DNA of 64,000 bases, taken from the NCBI GenBank assembly GCA_951406725.2, contig OX597841.1, forward strand, positions 14,260,001 to 14,324,000, read 5' to 3'. The stretch is from Octopus vulgaris. Its lineage: Eukaryota. The notes beneath the pieces were generated by a model that was given only the letters and a program-made list of their open reading frames with translations, was not told the DNA's origin and did not search any database. Made by a program: the position numbers and the translations under genes. Shown piece by piece: positions 56,930 through 64,000 of the stretch. Positions within the stretch are counted from its first letter, which is position 1, and each line of letters opens with the position of its first letter.

Positions 56930-57715
56930 TAAGACAGCAAAATCAGAAAAAAAAAACATTCAAAGAAAACTCTCCCCCAGAGAGAGGGGGACTTCCGAGG
57001 GGGTACTTGTGGAAAGCCCACAAAAACAGGGTCACGTTGATCACTAACGGAAGTGCATTCTGCCAATCGCCTTTTTCTAATCTACAAATTCCTGCTCAAA
57101 GCAGGTCAGACACTGTTTAGCCCCAGGTCGGTCCTGATCCAGTAGACCTTTGATCAAAGGCGTTCCAGCCGTGACTATCACGTTTTTTATTTGGTCATAG
57201 CGTATCTTGGACTACATTATCTAATGTGTCCTTTGTTGTTGTTTAGCCCCAAGTCAGCCCTGATCTATCAGACGTATGATCTAAGACGTTCCAGATGTGC
57301 CTCTAAGCATTGATAACAAAGAGAGTTAACACATAGAGTGTGGGCCCCTCCAGAGCTCCGGGCCCTCGAGCATAACTGGTTCGCTGGGATCAGACACTCG
57401 CCTCTTTCATCCACCTTTGCTGAGAAGCAGCACTTCCTTCTCCTAACACGTTTTTGTTTTCATTTGAAACTTGTCAAGGTGGACAATGGCTTGACCAAAG
57501 CGGACAGCATCTGTCTTTATCGGCCCTTTCAAGCTGGTTCACCGCACAACCATTTTTGCCAAAGTCCGCCCTTCCCGGACAAAGGACTGTAGCAAAAGGA
57601 TCTTCACAATGAACGCAGCCGATAGCGGGATCCATTCCATATGCAACAGGACGTCCACAAGTCACCAATGTTCGGGAACGGGACAAGTTTCATAGCTCTG
57701 AGTGCATCTCAAACA
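56930..57715 (-). mobile_element. Decayed Tx1/L1-like LINE 3' end, interrupted by a patchwork insertion
   Basis: Frameshifted remnants PNIGDLW, KMVV..T.LKG, QRW. Weak similarity judged by eye. Confidence 0.4.
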
Positions 57716-57896
57716 GAACAACGGTTGCTGAAGAGTTTATTTCGACAGCAATAACAACAACAACGAGGGCGCCCCAACGTGGTCACTTTATCTGGTAGAA
57801 ATAGCAGTTCAGATATGCATTATCACTTCCCACTGCCTTCAAAAAAAAAAAAAAGATGCATCTCAAAATGTAGTCTAAGATACTCTTTGTCTGAAT

Positions 57897-58310
57897 CAGG
57901 GGCGGACTGAAAGTATTAAGGGCCCTCGGGCATAACTGTTCACTGGGCCCCTTAGCATTGATAACAAAGAGAGTTAATATGTAGAGTGCAGGCCCCTCCA
58001 GAGCTCCCGGCATAACTGTTCACCAGGCCCCTTAGCATTGATAACAAAGAGAGTTAACATGTAGAGTCTGGGCCCCTCCAGAGCTCCGGGCCCTCGGGCA
58101 TAACTCTTCACCAGGCCCCTTAGCATTGATATCAAAGAGAGTTAACATGTAGAGTCTGGGCCCCTCCAGAGCTCCGGGCCCTCGGGCATAACTCTTCACC
58201 AGGCCCCTTAGCATTGATATCAAAGAGAGTTAACATGTAGAGTCTGGGCCCCTCCAGAGCTCCGGGCCCTCAGGCTGTGCCCGATTGACCTACGGCTCAG
58301 TCCACCCCTG
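57897..58310. mobile_element. hAT MITE with an internal 80-88-bp tandem array (4 units)
   Basis: TIR CAGGGGCGGACTGA / TCAGTCCACCCCTG, perfect 8-bp TSD GTCTGAAT. Confidence 0.9.
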
Positions 58311-59189
58311 GTCTGAATAATAGATGGATGGTCATAAATGGAACATTTTTGATCCTAAGTTAACTGGATCCGGGTTGACCTGGGGCTAAACAGCAAGGAA
58401 GTGTATCTATAAAGTCGTATATACACTATGTATGATTAATAGATGAGATGGTCACATCTGGAACGTCTTTGATCATACGTCTGATAGATCAGGGCTGACT
58501 TGGGGCTAAACAACAACAAAGGACACATTAGATAATGTAGTCCAAGATACGCTATGACGAAATAAAAAAACGTGATAGTCACAGCTGGAACGCCTTTGAT
58601 CAAAGGTCTACTGGATCAGGACCGACCTGGGGCTAAACCTTAACAATAACGAAGGACACATTATGTAATTCAATCCTACATGCACTTATATCTGGAAATA
58701 AGATGAGATGGTCATGGCTGGAACGCCTTTTTATTATAAGACTACTGGATCAGAACTGTCCTGAGGCTAAACAGCAATAAAGCAGGACACATTAGATAAT
58801 GTAGTCCAAGATACGCTGTGACGAAATAAAAAACGTGATAGTCACAGCTGGAACGCCTTTGATCAAAGGTCTACTGGATCAGGACCGACCTGGGGCTAAA
58901 CAACACCAGCCAACGAGACAGCTTCTGCGCAGTCATTCGACTTCGTCAAAATTACAGCGCAGTCTCCCTCTTTGTCGCTTAAGGGATGAATTTAGCTCCA
59001 ACAAAAGGTGGGACGATCATGGCCGGGACGCTTTAGGTCATCGATTGATCTGTGATCGATCAAGAACAAACCGAGAAGGCACCGAACATCAACAAAGAAG
59101 AATCGGTGGTGATGACGTCACTGAAATCCTGCCAATCGTAATTAAAGATAGAAAAAATGACGTAAACACAGAGAGAGTCATAGATCGAT

Positions 59190-59800
<611 letters not shown>

Positions 59801-60044
59801 TCTATGAATATATATACGTTTGTATATACAATTACACACACAGACACATTGGTTAAACGCGCTCGTACACACATACGCATTCGCCACTGTAGAACACACA
59901 CACACACATACATACGTACACACAAGCATTAATGCACCACACACACACACACGCGTACGCGCACATACTGCATAAGCCTTCTCTCGTACATACACACGTA
60001 TAGTCTCTCTCTCACACACACACACCTACATCATTGCGAGAACA

Positions 60045-60212
60045 GTATAAGCCACGCCCACAAATATGTTCCCGCCTCGACACGCAGTGATACTTGACAC
60101 GCTGCCTACCTGGCCTCATTACGAAAATGGCGCGAAAACCTAATGTTGCCACGCCCACTATACTATACGAGATTACCCGCCATTTTTCTGTTTATGTATG
60201 TGTGTGTAAGTG
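60045..60212. promoter_or_regulatory. Dense promoter-like motif cluster (Sp/KLF x2, E2F x2, YY1 x2)
   Basis: GCCACGCCC at 60051 and 60148, TTCCCGCC at 60069, TGGCGCGAAA at 60128, AAAATGGCG at 60124, CCGCCATTTT at 60177. Confidence 0.55.
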
Positions 60213-60318
60213 ATAAATAATGAATGTACGTCTGCCTGTGTGTGTGTGTGTGTGTGTTTGTTGTCATTTGTTGAACTGACCATCTGTGTGTCCAACTCTT
60301 TGTCTATCTATCTGTCTG

Positions 60319-60353
<35 letters not shown>

Positions 60354-60362
60354 ATCTATCTC

Positions 60363-60417
<55 letters not shown>

Positions 60418-60589
60418 GTCTGTCTGTCTGTCTTTATCGCCCTATGTATGTATGTATGTATGTGTGTATGTATGTACGTATGTATTATGTATGTATGTAT
60501 ATCCGAGTGTCTGGACACGCTTACACACATAATAGATAGATAGATAAGTATATAGGTAGACAGACAGACAGACAGACAGATAGAGATAG

Positions 60590-60680
<91 letters not shown>

Positions 60681-60714
60681 GGAATGTGCATAGATGTACA
60701 TAAGTGTCTGTGTA

Positions 60715-60776
<62 letters not shown>

Positions 60777-60943
60777 TAAAAACGGTGAGACAACAAAAGA
60801 AAGAAAGAGACCTCAATATTATGTAAATAGAGGAAATTTATCTGTAAATATAATATGTGGCAATTATTCAATAATCAAGATAAAACTCTTAGTTTCAGAT
60901 GCCGAGGTGGAAATCCACAACACCATCTCTTATGTCATCCGGC

Positions 60944-61000
<57 letters not shown>

Positions 61001-62004
61001 TGAAGTTAGTGCGACAGTGTGTATGTGAATGTCTTTGTTTATAAAGAAGTTTTGGGCGAAAAACTGTGAATGTACTTTACATAACTGCGTATTAGTCGTA
61101 AAATACGTCTCTTGTAGGATGTGGACACTAACACACACACACACACGTATGTATGTATGTATGTGTGTATGTATGTATGTATGTATGTATGTATGTATGT
61201 ATGTATGTATGTATGTATGTATGTATGTATGTATGTATGTATGTATGTATGTATGTATGTGTATGTATGTATGTGTGTGTCTATGTATGTATGTATGTAT
61301 GTATGTATGTATGTATGTATGTATGTATGTATGTATGTATGTATGTATGTATGTATGTATGTATGTATGTATGTATGTATGTATGTTTGTGTCTATGTAT
61401 GTATGTATGTATGTGTGTGTCTATGTATGTATGTATGTATTTATGTATGTATGTATGTATGTACGTATGTATGTGTACCGGTATGTATGCGTATAAATAC
61501 ACGTATGGAATTTTGTAAGTATAAGTATGTGTGTATATATATGTATGTATGTATGTGTTGTGTATATACATCAATGTATCTTAAACATATTGTATTGTTA
61601 GACATGTGTATATAACGTGTATATATGACATTCTACGCACCAAACGTGTGTACCGAGTGCTTATTTTTGCATGCGTAAGCTTTGTTGTTACGAATAAACG
61701 CACAGGTGTATACATACATACATACATACATATATATACATGTGTGTATGTGTGGGTTTATACATATTCATACACGTATATATACACGCAACCGGAATGC
61801 ATATATTACATACATGCACCATATATTGTGTACACAATACTATCGTACTCTATATACACACACACAAACACATACGCGAATACAAACACAAGCACACACA
61901 TACATACATTTACACATAGACACACAGAAACACAAACACACACACAAACATGTACGAACACACACAATCACAAATGCATACACAGAGACACACAAAGATA
62001 CACA

Positions 62005-62054
<50 letters not shown>

Positions 62055-62089
62055 GATATACACACAAAGATACACTCACACACACACAC

Positions 62090-62162
<73 letters not shown>

Positions 62163-63213
62163 AAGATACACTCACACACTCACACACACACACTTGTCCT
62201 GAAAGCCTGATCAACAGATAATGCGTGTCAAGGCTGCGACGGCAAATGACCCGGCCCCTGCCTGGACAGTCGGTGTGTTAGAAATAGCAGTCAAACCACA
62301 CCAACGGATCGCAAGCTGACGGAAGGACGCCGCAACGTATTTGGATGACGGAAAGGGTTGTGTGTGGACCCTGTGTTTTAATTGATCATCGTTTTGTTGG
62401 GTCGGAGGACGGGTAGGAGCAGGGGTCGGGGGTCGGGGGACAGAGATAGGGGCCAAACAACAACAACAACAATGTTCATTCGCTGTCATCTCTGCCCCTT
62501 TTGTTACACCGACGGACGGACAGACAGACAGACCGACAGGCAGGCAGACCGACAGGCAGGCAGACAGACAGACAGACCGACAGGCAGGCAGACAGACAGA
62601 CAGACCGACAGACAGACAGACAGACAGACAGACCGACAGACAGACAGACCGACAGGCAGACAGACAGACAGACAGACCGACAGACAGGCAGACAGACCGA
62701 CAGGCAGACAGACAGACAGACGGGGGTGGGCATCTGGTTCCGTGGAGGCTGGATCAACAAAATAATTACTTCATCTGATGTAATAGACATCGTGTGTACA
62801 TTTATGGAACGCTGTGGGTGTGTGTGGTAAGTTGTTCGTTTCCCGACCACCATGGATCCGGGTTCGGTTCCACTACGTGGCACCTACCTACGGCAAGTGC
62901 CTTTCTTTTACGATAGTTTTGGGCCGACGAAACACTTGTGAGTGGATCTGCTACGCAGAAACTAAAAGAAGCCCATTAGGTGTGTGTGGGTGCGGGTGGT
63001 GGGTGTCTGTTTACGTTTCCATGACTCGGAGTTCCGTCAATCCGGATTCGAGGAATAAAGGTATAAGGGTGGTGCTCCAGCATGGCCGACGGAAACATAT
63101 GAAAGATATATATATTGTATTTATACAAACATAGTTACTTGCATAAACACACACACATACATAACTATACAAACATATGTAAAGAGATACGCATATGTAT
63201 GTGTACATTTATG

Positions 63214-63247
<34 letters not shown>

Positions 63248-63918
63248 CACACACAAACACAAACACATATTTACACATACAAATATATATATATTAGTGT
63301 AGCTCATTCAGCGGTGGTGCCCCAGCATGGCCGCGGCCTTCGGGCTAAGGATTTAAGGATATATATATGTACGCTCGTATCTTTGTCTCTCTGTGTGTAT
63401 ATATATGTATATATCTATCGCTATCTGTCTATCTGTCTATCTCTCTCTCTGTGTATACATATACACAGATGCGGATGTAAACACACACACATACACATAC
63501 ATACACACACGTACACACACACACACACAAATACGTTGAGTAAATATTACATTATTGATAAACTGTGCACGTGTTACCAAGCATGGCTTTCTCCCGCGTT
63601 TTTCTCTCCCTTTCCCTCACTCCTTCACTCTCTCATAACATATCCCTCCTTCTCTTTTTACCCGCCATATAACGTCACACACACAAACACACACACTCAC
63701 ACACGCACATACACACACGTACACACTGATACGGTAACACCCCAGACATCTACGTCACAGCTAACGTTTTCCCGCAAAAAATCAGAGAAACTGACGACAA
63801 CACAACAAAGGCGCCGACAGAGGTTGTTGATCAGCGCTCCAGATCATTCGCCTTTATATGTCACTTAACTGCGTATATAATAGTGAGTGTATATATGTGT
63901 GCGTATATATATACATAC

Positions 63919-63997
<79 letters not shown>

Positions 63998-64000
63998 CTC

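Noticed and set aside
57921-58270. Regularly spaced repeats resembling a CRISPR array (also 43263-43398 and 6853-7525)
   Set aside because: Whole units repeat with no unique spacers, there are no cas genes, and the context is eukaryotic.

Overview
Eukaryotic, extremely microsatellite-rich DNA. The repeat families point to a coleoid cephalopod, most likely Octopus (inference). Two complete plus-strand spliced genes can be rebuilt by hand with consistent GT-AG boundaries and reading-frame phases: CWC27 (spliceosomal cyclophilin, 11 coding exons, 7835-24952, 503 aa) and CCDC40 (motile-cilia axonemal ruler protein, 17 coding exons, 29641-52493, 928 aa). CCDC40 has a candidate RFX/forkhead promoter near 27.3 kb. 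The remainder is tRNA-derived SINEs, fragments of RTE, HERO, R4/Dong and Tx1-like LINEs, Tc1 and mariner relics, hAT and piggyBac MITEs, non-autonomous Helitrons, minisatellites and microsatellites. Almost all listed ORFs are repeat artefacts. Most notable observations: two intact minimal type I hammerhead ribozymes plus decayed ones; a ~120-bp repeat carrying a YAG|GT motif that sits repeatedly near 5' splice sites in one orientation; concentric inverted repeats bracketing CWC27 exons 7-9; a composite hAT MITE; a TSD-flanked patchwork insertion copied from local templates; a fold-back mariner inside a multi-level nest; and an orphan promoter-motif cluster near 60.1 kb.
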